Source of the DNA: Tubulanus polymorphus
Taxonomy: Eukaryota; Animalia; Nemertea
Length of the DNA stretch: 64,000 bases
Direction of reading: 5' to 3'
NCBI RefSeq assembly: GCF_964204645.1
Contig: NC_134028.1
Location: 8,990,001-9,054,000 of the forward strand
In this document: one piece after another, positions 1-38,140 of the stretch
How positions within the stretch are numbered: position 1 is the first letter of the stretch
Layout: the number at the start of each line of letters is the position of its first letter
Position numbers and translations under genes: made by a program
Notes under the pieces: generated by a model
What the model saw: only the letters and a program-made list of their open reading frames with translations
Database searches by the model: none
Told to the model about the DNA's origin: nothing

Positions 1-2269
1 CTGGAGGCGCCCATGCCTCGTACCAAGCAGTTAAGTCTTGGTTGGCCAGCCTGGCTGCAACACCTCCTGGAATGTCAAATGATGACACAATCATAGCATT
101 TGACAATAATCAGGTACTCCAAAGGAGGTGGAAAGTTAAGCTGAAAAACGATGTCACATGCAATATAGTTACTGTTGTTGTGAGCTTTAGTTTACATGAA
201 GGCAGGTTACAATATCAAACCGAATTCAAGCCTGATAAGTGGTCAGATGTTGTACTACATCAATCAAAGTACAATAGAATTAAATTCTACGACCAGCAAG
301 ATGATATTAAAGAAGCACATTATGAGCACCTCAGTTTATTCTTGCATTGACAAATTATGATTGTCAACAATGAGCATATGGAAGGTGAGGTGGACAACAT
401 TGATGAAAAAGTTGAACTTAGGAAAAAATCAAGGTTATTCAAAAAATGTTATCAGTGTAAATTTGATGAAATACCAAAATCAAAGCATATTTGTACTCGG
501 TGCAAGACAAATGTTACTAAAGGAAAAATGAAGGCCATGGGTCTTGACGAAAATGGAATGATTAACGAAAGTTCACTAGCATCAACACCCCATGGTAAAG
601 AATATCGCGTTCATATTGAGCCAAGCCCGGCAGAAAGGCATGCTGAAAGACTTATTTCGAATAAAGAGCCTGCACAGGTTAGCCAAGAATATATTGATTT
701 CGAAAAACTTGTAGCTGATTCCATAGATGCCCCATCTGTTCAAGTGTTGGAACCAGTTTATATGAACCCCTGTTCGTATGAAGCTGTAGCAGTCGTTCTG
801 CGTAATATTGGACAAAGGTGTGGAATAAAACAGTATGGGGAGAGCGTGAGTGGGTTATTATAGCCTGTGATGGGGTTCCTTACACCCTTGCTTGCAGACT
901 TATCAAATCGATGCACGTGTGTTCAATTTGTAATGATTCTATTAATGGACTTGAAAACTGTGCAAAGCATCACACAGATCAGCATCCAGGTGAACAAGTC
1001 TTATTTAAACCAGAATTCAGCTGGGTTTTGCTGAGACCAGGTACGGGACATATTTAAATGAATATGTTAAAAGGTCTTGTTGAATTTACATGGGATGTAT
1101 TTTGGAAAGATTTGGCAATATGCCTAAATTTTCGCTCTGAAGCAGCTTTGACTGGTGCAAAAAAAGTGTCTGATCATCATAAAGGTTGGACTCTACTCAG
1201 GATTGCGCGCTATGCTATTGCACGTGAATTAATTGTTCCGTTTGTAAGAGAACAGCGTAAAAAGGAAGTTGCAGATCTATCTGTTGCTGCTTTCATGAAG
1301 TTCATTATGCATTCAAAAGACCCTAATTACTCTTTCATGGCAGACGTTCTTTTTGAACTAGTTGATGCGATATTTATTTTCAGAGTAGGTATACGCGGAA
1401 GTATTTCAAAATACATTGAAGCTGGTAGAGCCAAATTTGCTAAGCTGTGGTGTGCACGAAACCACCCGCTCTACAGGGAACTTGAAATGTCAGACAGTTT
1501 ACTGTTAGCAAGAATGCCACAAGAAATTAGTGATGAGGTCCTATTAGCAGATTCAATGAACATGACAGGGAATAAGTTTACAGGGGAAGGAGCAGACTTC
1601 CGCCTGGAAGAAGTCAACAGGCAGGTGCAGCATTGGCTGCCTAACATTCCAACAAGCAAGGATTGGAAAATTGCATGTTGCAATTATGGTAGCTTGTCTC
1701 AGTTCAGAACAACAGTTTTTCAGCAAATTGGAATTGAAGATCCCAAAACGAATAGAAAGAAAAGTATTCAACCCATAAATGATGAAATACTAGCATTCAG
1801 GACCATAATTAGAGAGGCAGAGTACCTCATAAGGCCAGCAATCTATCGTCCGCATGTCTCACTTGATGGGAAGCCACTTACAACTGATTTAGTCAGCTTT
1901 TGCAAATTGGCAAGAGAAAAACGTGCACTATTTACTGATACATATTTGGCATTCGAGAAATCGGCAAAAACGGGTAACGCAGGTCCACCTTCATTTAGGG
2001 AAATGCCTGTTTGTGTAACTCATGAAGAAAAGGAAAAGGCATTATCAGTTGAAAACTTAACCATTCCTAAGATAATGGAATGAGTGCAGCAGTCATTGGA
2101 CATGATATCTGATAGTGATGTACAGGAGGCCAAACTATGTATATGGGCAGAAATTACAAAAAAAAGACCAACTAAAAATTTTGTGAAACAATTTTTCTAT
2201 GAGATACAGGAATACCTCGATAGTCAAGTAGTTTCTGATGAAGTTGATGATGACGATGATGAGGTTTGA
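1..2269 (+). pseudogene. Decayed DDE-type transposase (Academ/DUF6589-like), truncated at its 5' end by the window edge
   Basis: ORFs 42-350, 357-863, 818-1057, 1058-2083 and 2084-2269 join into one ~750-aa reading via three in-frame stops (348-350, 1055-1057, 2081-2083) and one frameshift (~840). The frame is open back to position 3 (GGAHASYQAVKSWL). Motifs IAFDN, ACDGVPY, PGTGHI*MN, MNMTG and GADFRLEEVN resemble the DN / D / GxxHxxM / DxxxExxN pattern of Academ/DUF6589 transposases. CxxC..CxxC and CxxC..HxxxH zinc motifs are also present. Confidence 0.62.
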
Positions 2270-3219
2270 AATAATTTTGATTTATCATTGTCATATTGCA
2301 TATAGCAACAATACTTCCATTAAATCTGTTACCATGACAACTCATATTTTAGCGTATCATATTTACGAAGTGTCAATCAACAAGGATATGTGTGTATCAG
2401 CCTGATGACAATTTTTATTTGTATTTATATGCTAAAATAAAAACCAGAAATCCAAGTTTAAGAAAAATGTAGTTATTTCTTCAAATTGAGCCTGGAAAAT
2501 ACCGAACAAAGAGACTAGACTGTTATTATAATGATTCCTTTATTATATCCCTAACGTGTATGATAGATTATAAAATGCTTAGAAAATGTTTTTATTTGCA
2601 TAGTCTATTAGAAAATTAACAAATACTTCTCGTATATATTACATAACAAATTGTAAATTGTAATTGTAAATTACATAACAAAAACTAATACTGTTTGGTA
2701 GCAAAACTACACGTCAAGTGAACCGATTATAAAATGCTCTTCATTGTTGAGTTAATCTTAAACTATCAACAGGTGTATAAAATTATAAAATTACATAGTA
2801 AAAAAATAACAGAGCAATAAGTAGTTTTTGCTCCGGATTAATACAAAAATCCCAAATCAGTCGAGACCAATCGTAATATCACAAAGTTTTAGATTGAATC
2901 AATTTTTGGTTAACAGACAGGCATCGCACCAGAATTTTTTTGAATCAACATCCTTCTCGGACCAGCCAATACACTTCCTGTGTACCCAAGTACCACATTT
3001 TTCTTCCTCTTCACAACCAATCCACCTGCCATATTTACGATTATCATATTTTTGATCGTAAACAACTCCACACTTCTGACACATTGTCTCCTGAAATAGT
3101 TTTCGTTTCAAAAGCATTCTGGATTCCTGTTTTATTTTCTTCGCAACTGGTAATTTAATGATTTGAATTCCAGAAGATGACGGAATTGGGTCAGATAGCT
3201 GTCCAGACGGCTCGCCAGC

Positions 3220-3630
3220 CATTCCTGGGTTCACGTCAACAGCAGAGCTTGTTGTAGGCAGCTCGATGGCTGTTGTATCACTAACTATTACTGGGTTCAT
3301 AACAACAGTAGAGCTTGTTGTAGGCAGCTCGATGGCTGTTGTATCACCTGATATTCCTGGGTGCACATCAACAGTAGATGTTGTAAGCAGCTCTATGATT
3401 GCTGTATCACTAACTATTACTGGGTTCATGTCAACAGTAGAGCTTGTTGTAGGCAGCTCGATGGCTGTTGTATCACTGGCTATTCCTGAGTTCACGTCAA
3501 CAGTAGATGTTGTTAGTAGCTCGATGGCTGTTGTATCACTAACTGTTACTGTGTTCATGTCAACAGCAGCTGTTGTAGGCAGCTCGACTACTGTTGTAGC
3601 ACCGACTGTTCCTGGGTTTACGCCAGCAAC
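3220..3630 (-). repeat. Coding tandem repeat, ~60-63 bp unit, about 6 copies (DTTAIELPTTSSTVDxNPxIxS)
   Basis: Recurrent gttgtaggcagctcgatggctgttgtatcac units, all in frame within the PHD-finger ORF. Confidence 0.85.
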
Positions 3631-4091
3631 ATCAAATTCAGGCAACTGAACTGTCACAACAAAGTTATAATCCCCAGGGCCAGTTTTTCTTGGGGTTGGG
3701 TAAGTTACAAGAGATTTACCCTGGTCGTCCATTCTCGAAGTATGGGCATTTTCCTGTGATTAAAGTCCAGTTGTACTGTATTTTTCCCACAATTCCTCTG
3801 AGCAATATATCCAAGTTTTGTTATTTTCATCAATATACATGAAAAATACTTTTCCGCCACATTTTTGCACTAATTGGTGTGACTTAACACAGATAGTTCG
3901 TTTCCTTTCATTTCTAGACTTTCTTCTTTCTGTCGTATTGTTAATATATTCCATACTTGTTGGACCACTGGTGTGATGCCATTTAGGATAACTGAAATAG
4001 ATAATTGCACAAAATAAGATTTTTGGCCTAAGTTTTTCTAAAATTCATTTTCCCCCTACATTGTTCAAAATCATTAAATAACCTACTATAT

Positions 4092-4141
4092 TGTGTGTGT
4101 GTGTGTGTGTGTGTGCGTGCGTGCGTGCGCGCGCGCGCGTG
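4092..4141. repeat. Compound (TG)n(TGCG)n(CG)n microsatellite
   Basis: Directly visible alternating purine-pyrimidine run. Confidence 0.9.
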
Positions 4142-4739
4142 AATGTCATCATCATCATCAAATTCACGGACGGAAGACGGCTCGTTTGTTGATTAGTATT
4201 GGTTAGGTGACAGGGTTTCCATAAAAAGCTCTCTCACTTAGTAATCTTTCATTAAAAATAATTGGTATATTTATTCATTACTAAAAGATTAAATTATTTA
4301 TAGAGTTGATTGGTTGAATTTTATAAAAAAAATCTGATCAGTCATGATTTTGGCGTAGTTCATTTGATAAGCCATACACGCTTGATTTCTAGCCATTTTG
4401 TAGAATTTGCTACAAGGAGAAGGTTTTATTCGGTCCATAAATACGAGTGTTGTTAGTGTTATTCTGAAAAAGGTAAAGGAAGTGCGTGTGGCCCAAGGTG
4501 AACGTATCGGCAACCTCTATGGAGGTACCAGGATGATTCCCGCCGACATTGTAACACCAGGAGCTCCATTCCGCAGATTTACCAAAGAACAATCAATGTG
4601 ATGTTAGTTCAGTTAGTTGTTAAGTTAGTTTTAAAGATTAGATTAAGATTAACAAAAATTAAAATACAGGTAAATTTTAATAATAAACAATTGATTATTA
4701 TAATTTGTGACATATCATTTGAATTGACAAAAATTTATT

Positions 4740-5140
4740 TTACGAGGTAAGATATTTCTGGTCTTCCCAGAATTTATCGAGTCTACTTTTAAAGCAGTTT
4801 ATTGATGGAGCAGTGACTATGTTTTCGGTCAGGCTGTTCCATTTATTTACAACTCGGTTTGAGAAAAAGTTGCTGTAAAGCTCCTTCTTACACCTTTGTT
4901 TTAAAAGTTTCTGACTGTGACCTCTCAACTGACGTGTCAACTGACTGCCTCAAGTATGGTGTTTCCATCAATATTATAGTTTTCGTGCATGATGTTGAAA
5001 ACCATAATCATGTCTCCCCTGGTCCTCCGGTAATACAGGGTAGGTAAATTCAGCTTCTTTAGTCTATCCTTGTATTCTAGATCTCGATATTTTTGGACCA
5101 TCTTTGTGGCGCGTCGCTGGACTCTTTCAAGAGCATCGAT
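4740..5140 (-). mobile_element. 5'-truncated CR1/L2-clade LINE fragment (ORF2 C-terminus)
   Basis: DALERVQRRATKMV...LNLPTLYYRRTRGDMIMVF, then after a frameshift LRGHSQKL...FFSNRVVNKWNSL...INCFKSRLDKFW. This is the characteristic CR1 ORF2 tail. It lies in the intron of the PHD gene, next to a (TATG)n run. Confidence 0.85.
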
Positions 5141-5152
5141 ATAATGTATATA

Positions 5153-5184
<32 letters not shown>

Positions 5185-8100
5185 CCCCTGTCTGATCAAC
5201 CATATTTGCATAAAAGGAAATTATTTTTTTATTTTCTGTTTCCTTCACACTTCCTAATCACTAGGTAATTAATACCACTGGTAATGATTAAAAGTGTCTA
5301 TAGAACCCAATACATTTATGGAATAAATCAGAATAACCTACCTCGATGGCCCTTTTTTCTTGTTTTCATTTCTATTCATGTTGGTGGAAGTTGTCAGATA
5401 GAGCTGTAAGTAATAAATTAAATCCTATTTACTGAATTTGGCGTACTTGCTTCAACGTATGGTGTACGTCGATCGACGTACGCGATTCAGGCGTGTGGGA
5501 ACTGCACAAAAGAACCCTCAATAAAATCATTTCCTGACATAGAAATTACAATTCAAAGCTTCGTCTATGTGAGCAACTGATTAATTGACATTTACTAACA
5601 ATAAACATGATTGCCAACGTCTGACATCAGGATTTAATTAGAGGAAATACGTACCTTACGATGTACGACTTGTCAAAATTGGCTTCCAGTAACAGTATCT
5701 TGCGATTGTGCAACTCAATATGGCTGGTCTTAGAAAGAAGACGTCTCATTGGATGGATTTCATCCGATAAACCAATCAAAGTCGTCGTTTTAAATGAGTG
5801 CTGGACAAATATAAAAGATCAAGCTACCGTCCTTAGAACGAAGTACGCCATACACCGATCGACGGTCGTACGTTTATCAAGGTACGTACTTCAATCAGCG
5901 GTCGTCCTCGACCTGATAATGAACCATGTTTTTCAGGGCTTTTTTAGCATATTCATAAAGTTCATTCATTTGAAAAAATTCATCTTTTATTGTCTCTTCC
6001 TACCAATTTGGACCAATGAGACACCTGCACACACACCCAGTACCCATAATACAGTTCTATGATAAGAAACAGTGTTTGTCAGGGCTCTTACATATCATTA
6101 ATTTATTTGGAATTATTCATTTTTTATTGCAAGGTCTCTTCTTGCCAATTTGGATCTATAAGACCTTGTATTCACAACATTTAACTAGGGTTTTTCTTAT
6201 TCAGGTGAATCAAATAGCAAATAATAAGGAAGTAAGCATTGCGCTAATAATTCACTTTTTTGGAAATAACTACAGTGCAGCAGGAGAGTAAATAGATTCC
6301 CCAAAGCTTGTTTTTGTTCCATATGTACTAGGCTAGTAAATTTGCATGAAATTCCCTTAGCTCCGCTTAGAGAAAACTGATTTTGTACCTACTATGCGCA
6401 CCGATTCTCATTCAATTATCTATCATTCATTTTAGGCACACAGTTAGGAAGTTTCAAACAATCTCTCGGAAACCTCTGATACGGTAATTTACTAAGTTCC
6501 AGTTAAAAATGGATTAAAAATCAATGTTTAAGGTCAACTGTCCTTTCTGGTCCTTACACTTTAACAAGATGACAATGTAAGCAACTTCTCATGGTGACAA
6601 TGTAAAAATTCAAGAAATTTCACAAAATGGAGGATTTTCTCTCTCATTCAACTGGACTTAAGGAGTCTTTTTGCCAATCCATCTAATTGGTACAGAACTG
6701 GAAATATATCGGATATTCATTTGTTGTCCGCGACTTTTGGCATTCTGTTAAGACATAAATGAGGTATGTATCCCAAAAAGTAAGCAAAATATCCCAGAAA
6801 AATACGTCTCATCCATTAATAAATAGACATTAGCCAGAAAGTTGGGACAGTCACGTGACATTCTGATGATGTCATCACATTTAAAAATTTAACATGAAAA
6901 GTTAACATATTCACAGACCGATATCATTTGTCAGATTATGATTCATATGAAATTAATAACTTATAAAGAATAAATTATGATCAAATGTATAATTCATAGA
7001 CAAAAAATGCATTTGAATGTAAGTTATTCTCAAATATTTTTCGTATCATAGTTTCCATCTCAGATGCTTCAGGTTTGCATTCAGTCAAATAAGAAGCGTT
7101 AAGTCACATGACTGTTCCAACTTTCTGGCTGGCACGAATTGAATTGCGTTTCATCCCTTGTGATTTTATAAAGTAAAGCGTGACGACCGTCTGGTGATGA
7201 CCCTTAACGACCAATTGTTAATCGGAACTTTATAGCGGATAAATAAACAATATAAACACAAGGTATTTCCATGATATTTTGAATTTATTCGCAGTTCATA
7301 TTTAGCGCCATTCTCGCGAGATTATCAACAACCCGGAAATAAAATCCAAGCCCATCGCCAAACCCCTGTGAATCCAGTAGGCCTATCCATGTACAATGTC
7401 TCCCACAAAAAACTTTTTGAAAATTGGAGGCTTTTGAGACGTTTTCCAGGCTAAAAATGAATCATTTAGAGGTAAATGACTAGTCAAATTGGCATGAAAA
7501 ATCTTGAACATTAATTACATATTAACTTGAGAAGTTAGCTACCTCGAAAAGGGGGTGCGTCCGTTACCGTCGCAGCCACCGCCCCCCCCCCCCCCCCCGG
7601 CTTTCCTTTGGACGCCTAAAAAATTTAACCTGATCGCTTTTAATGTGAGATTTTCATCTACTCTAGGCCTATTATATTAGAAAGATTATTTAGCAACTCC
7701 TACTATTGCATGGTAGATTGTTGATTACGAAACCAGGTAGCGTCAACGCGTGACCTTCTTAAATTCGACACGGTTGACATGACGTGGCAATTCACCGTAG
7801 TAATTCACAGCGACCGCGGACCCGATCAGCTTGTCGTTGTTGTGGCTAGATGCAAGACTCGGTAGTCGATGACGTCAGATGTAAATTAACCAATTTTATT
7901 GACAATTTCATTGTCCGAAAAAGATATTCTAAGAGTAACGAATACAAGTTTATAAAAGGCAATTGCATTTAATACGCGATGGAATTGATACAGAAAGGAC
8001 TAAGGCCCGAATGGTAGAGAAAAGCCTTTTTTTTCGAATTCTGTAACGAAATTTGCCCGATAGATGGCGGGAATGAGCTTTGTTATGCAACAACAGCGAG

Positions 8101-8410
8101 TGACAGTCTGTAACGTTAGTGATTTTTCGCCAGAATTTAGGAGATAATTGAAACCACTGATGTTCACGTAGCGGGCTAAGCGCTCAGTTAAAGTACCGGC
8201 ACGATGTTGGAGAAACCGTCCTATAAACAGACCCTGGAGATGAGGAGGCATTATCTCGGGTATGTGTGCAAGATAGTACGTACAGGCTGTTAGTGTTCAG
8301 TCGAACCCGTCCTGAGCCGAGGTTGAGTCTCTCCGCACTTGACCCCGTCGGCTTGCTTTTGTGTAGTTCCTTTTGTGTGGTTTGGTTTCATGATCGAAGT
8401 GTGGAACCGT

Positions 8411-9001
8411 CGTATACGGCAAAGTGTTTACTTCCGCTATTTTACCGTACATTATTACTATATATATAGTATTGACTAATAAAAGTAACAATAAAATCAT
8501 TATATCGGGCTTAGGGTTAGGGTTCGGTTAGTGTCGAGAGGGTAAGAAGAGGGTTCCGTTTTACCCGTAGGGATAGGATTAGGGTAAGGTGAGGTACTAT
8601 AGATAGTTAACTCAATGACTACGTTAAGCCGCTGTCAGCATACGGAAAGGTGTGAGGGAATTCCATCCTTCGCAACGCGTCATAGACACTATTGATCATG
8701 GGAAGTACCAGAGGGGGAATCCCCTGTCAACCAAAATGGCGAAAATTCCGTCTGCTGCCCACGATTTTGAATTTGGGTATTCCGGAGTGAATGATTTAAA
8801 ACATTCGGTTGGTTTTAAGCGAGCTCGGTGGTCTAGTGGTATGACGAGTCTCACTCTATCCGCTCTATTTTCTCTAACTCTATTCTCCACACTTTCCTTG
8901 AATTTTCTAAGTCCGCACCTCTGTATGCATGCGCGGCGTAAATCGGCCAATCAGCGACGATGTACGGTGAAATAGCGGAAATAAGTACTCGGCCGTATAC
9001 G
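8411..9001. repeat. Segment bounded by ~40-bp imperfect inverted repeats, with TTAGGG-like motifs inside (MITE-like remnant)
   Basis: cgtatacggcaaagtgtttacttccgctattttaccgtacat (8411-8452) matches the reverse complement of ~8960-9001; ttagggttagggttcggttag occurs near 8510. Confidence 0.4.
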
Positions 9002-10292
9002 GTAAATTATCCTCTGCGTTTCATGATCGGATATTTTCTCAAACCACAAGCCCTTCAGATTAAAAATTTGTTGGTGGTAGGCTTTTACAAAAGCTTACCA
9101 CCAACGAGTAGGTAACTACTAATCCAAGAGCTGCCATGGTTGTTTCGAATGAAGATTGTAGACCTATCGGCTGTATGATTATATCGCAACTCGGCGCGAC
9201 AGCAGGGTTGTTGAAGATGGCGCCAGCAAGCGCGGTGGATAAGACATTGCCGGTGAGGACATCGGCGGTATTTGACTCTGTGGATCGGGTCCATATACAA
9301 GGACTAGTCGCTATGTCGCTAATTTTCATTTTCCGACCCCCGTAGGGCAGGGACTTTCATTGACTGGTGCATTGCAATCCCTAGTCAAGTACCCAGCCGT
9401 TGTTCCCCAAACAACATCAAGTGCCAAAATGCACATATAAGGTTAATTTAAATAAGGCTTTGAGCGTCTATTTCACCACAAAACACCATCAACTTACCTC
9501 AAACTGACTGTTCAGTAATCAGATGGAAGTTAACTATTCTTTGGGCATAAATTCATAATCCTAAGTAGCTTTTGACGATCGTAGTAACTCAAAACTTTCG
9601 ACTAGTCGCCTAAAAAAATAGTTGAAGTGAAGCAACATAACAAATATGGCGGCTTTTCATGTTGCATGATGGGAGGGTAAATTACGGATTCGAACTTGAA
9701 CTTGGACTGACATTGATGCCAATGCAGATATTATTCTTGTTTCAAATTCTTAAGGTAAAATTCGTCAAAATTAATGTGAATTAAATAATTAAAATGAAGT
9801 CATTTTTGCCAATTTTGCATTTGTATCGCATCATGCACTGACTATATTCTATGATCCTTTGAATAAACATAGGCCTAATGACAAACAACGCAATAACCCT
9901 ATGTGAGTTCGAATACCGGTGTGTATAAGGTAATGAAAGTTCATTTTTCACAATGGGTTTGGTGAAACTGGATTTCTGGTGGTTTGAAATCACCGTAATT
10001 AAAAAGATATCGAAACAGAAGTCGTCCATGTCATAGTGTCTTGGTTACCGGTACATCAAACACTAAGTTTCTGGTGTGAATTATCAGAACCTGTTATCTG
10101 TAGCTCTGTAACGTTTTTGATCTGTTATCAGTTTATCAGGCTACTGTATTTATCTGCCGGCTTCAAATAGTTCAGTTTTGATTATGAACAATGAATTCTC
10201 ATGAAATTGTTCTTGTTTTCATCTGTCAGTGATTGTTTATCTGGAATATGCTTGCTTAATTTTGAAATGTTAAACAGGCTGTTTCTTTATTT

Positions 10293-10427
10293 GGGGCCAG
10301 TTGCTCAAAAGTTGGTTTTAGATAACCGGTGGATAAATATCATAGTAATAATGAACTTTTGATTGTCACTATGCCAACTAGGGCTATCCACTGGTTAACT
10401 CTAACCAACTTTTGGGCAACTGACCCC
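10293..10427. mobile_element. MITE with GGGGCCAGTTGCTCAAAAGTTGGTT terminal inverted repeats
   Basis: The left end matches the reverse complement of the right end (aaccaacttttgggcaactgacccc). A related end occurs at ~34882. Confidence 0.7.
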
Positions 10428-10600
10428 TGTACGTGATTCAATGTAAAATGAATGAATTGTAACATTTTAAACCTCTTTTGGAAAAATCAGGGAAAGCTCG
10501 GGGGATTTGTGAATGGGCAGATAGTGGCCAACCTGCAGTAGTCAGAGCGGCCATATTGTATTGAAGAAAAAATGTATTTCTATCTTCTTTTTTTTTTTAG

Positions 10601-36354
<25,754 letters not shown>

Positions 36355-38140
36355 TAACATGTAAACAGACCTCAATGCGCCAATTTTGTGTTGGTATTTA
36401 TCTGCTGTCCTGGCCCCAGTTCTACAGTTGTCAGTATAATATTATGACTCTTTAGCATTGAAGTAGTTCTTTTCCAATGTCTTTACCCTAAAGTTAAATT
36501 TCAACAATTTCTAGAGCACCCTTTTGGTATGAAGACTTGACACTCAAGTTTACCCCTCGGTCGTAGCACGCAAGGGGTATTGTGGTTGCGTGCGTCGTTC
36601 TGAATACTATTTTCCATCCTATAGGAATCAGTTTTTGAAGGAGAGGTATATGGTTTGGTATTAAGCTGATGAACTCTACTGATATTGAGTAATTTGCAAT
36701 CAAAATGGCGGACTGGCAGCCATATTTGATGCTTAAGATTCACTGTTCCCATTCTGCAGAGTGCTGTTGTTCAAATAGAGTGTTTGTATGGTTTTTCGCT
36801 TAAGAACCCTGTCGTTTTTTGTGTTATTCACCTTCAACATGATAATATTGGATCTTTTAAATGCACTCTTCCCATTCTACAAACTGCAGTTTATGTAGGA
36901 GAGTGTTCAATTACATAGAAAGTCTGTGGTACCATTTCAATTTATGTGTCTGATATCCGTATTTAGATCTATTAATCATGGTCATATTTGCATTCAAGAA
37001 GGCAACCTGGTGGCTATATTGGATTTTGAAATGTATCCTAGCCCTGGCCTAAATTATACACCAGGGTTCCCCACCAGGACCCTTAATGTCCTCGCTACCT
37101 TCATATATTAACATGCAACGTGTATGAACAACCCCCCCTGTTCCATAGGGGGGGTTCTAAAACATAGCCTTCCCCGTTTTTGTAGAATTAATGATCCCTA
37201 TCTATTTTGTTAGATTATTTCATTGGCCAGGGGGAAGGGTATTACAAGCATCGCACTGGTTGAATGGTTGGTAGTAAGATAACCAATCTCATGGCATTCG
37301 TAAAATATGTACTAGTACTTCGGTTAGTTACATTGCAAACCTCTGGGGTGAGGTTCTGACCGTAGTGAAGCCTTGACAATCAATAATTGGAACAATGGCG
37401 ATGATGTTTTCTGGCCCTTGGAAGGTGTCCAGGTGGTAGATTGATTGATGGATGCCTGTATTGGAATGATTTCAGGATTTAATTGCTGAATTACAATAGC
37501 TGTGATGGAGCTACAAGATGTAAAATCCCACAACTATCAATTGAAGAAGTTTATTAGAAATTACTAGAAATATTTCAGATGCTAATTACCGACCTTCTTT
37601 AATCTAGAATGGTATGTCCAAATTAATGGAGTACCCGCAGCGCTACTGTCGAGGATTCCGCCTATGGTAGGCGAGGACAGCCAGAGATCGCTAGCAGGTA
37701 GTTGGTCGTCCGCGTTTGATTTCTTGTACATTTCAATTAAATCTGAATGAACTTTTCTCTTAAATGAATCAATCATTTATGGAAACTATACCGATATCCG
37801 AGTAGAATAATAAAAGCATTGTATATTTGGTGGGTGCCGTGATAAAATATGGGTTTCGGAGTCCAGTTCGAAGTTCATTGGAAATGAACTTGACAAGAGA
37901 CGATATACTGCTCATCATGCCATGAATGTTTTTGATGGAAACCTGGGTAGTCCAACAGAAACCGGACATAATTTTGATTCCACTGGTTCTGAAATTAATT
38001 TTTCCAAGCACCAACCTTATGAAAAAACATAGTTCAATCAGCTTTGATTTCGAGTTAGTCAGACTGCTTTGTTTACTAACCTTTATCTTTACCTTGCAAA
38101 CCTTTTCTGAATACATCATCAGTACATTAGTACTTAAATC

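Larger units (their letters stand above)
2899..5379 (-). pseudogene. Spliced gene for a MADS-box-like domain + Thr-rich repeats + C-terminal PHD finger protein, with one in-frame stop
   Basis: Exon 5379-5342 (ccaccaacATG, MNRNENKKKGPS, donor GTAGGT, phase 2) splices in phase to acceptor tttcag at 3991. ORFs 3954-3760 and 3732-2899 share one frame, separated only by TAA at 3762-3760. The C-terminus CQKC...WIGCEEEEKCGTWVHRKC...FWCDAC is a C4HC3 PHD. The N-terminus MEYINNTTERRKSRNERKRTICVKSHQLVQKCGGKVFFMYIDENNKTWIYCS parallels the SRF/MEF2 MADS fold. Confidence 0.65.

Noticed and set aside
3266-3649. 127-aa plus-strand Val/Ser/Thr ORF
   Set aside because: Antisense shadow of the coding tandem repeat.
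1-3954. Bona fide RAG1/RAG2 (ProtoRAG) transposon
   Set aside because: The convergent layout and PHD are reminiscent, but the partner lacks kelch repeats, the transposase motifs look Academ/DUF6589-like rather than RAG1, and I saw no RSS-like heptamer/nonamer end.
42-3954. Stop-codon readthrough or an alternative genetic code in the left-hand ORFs
   Set aside because: The interruptions mix TGA and TAA with a frameshift, and host genes use standard stops, so mutational decay is simpler.
9646-9753. First coding exon of the ETNPPL-like gene
   Set aside because: There is a donor-like AAG|GTAAAA and a YY1-like motif, but no ATG-initiated frame ends in the phase needed for exon 10601; it may be a 5' UTR exon only.
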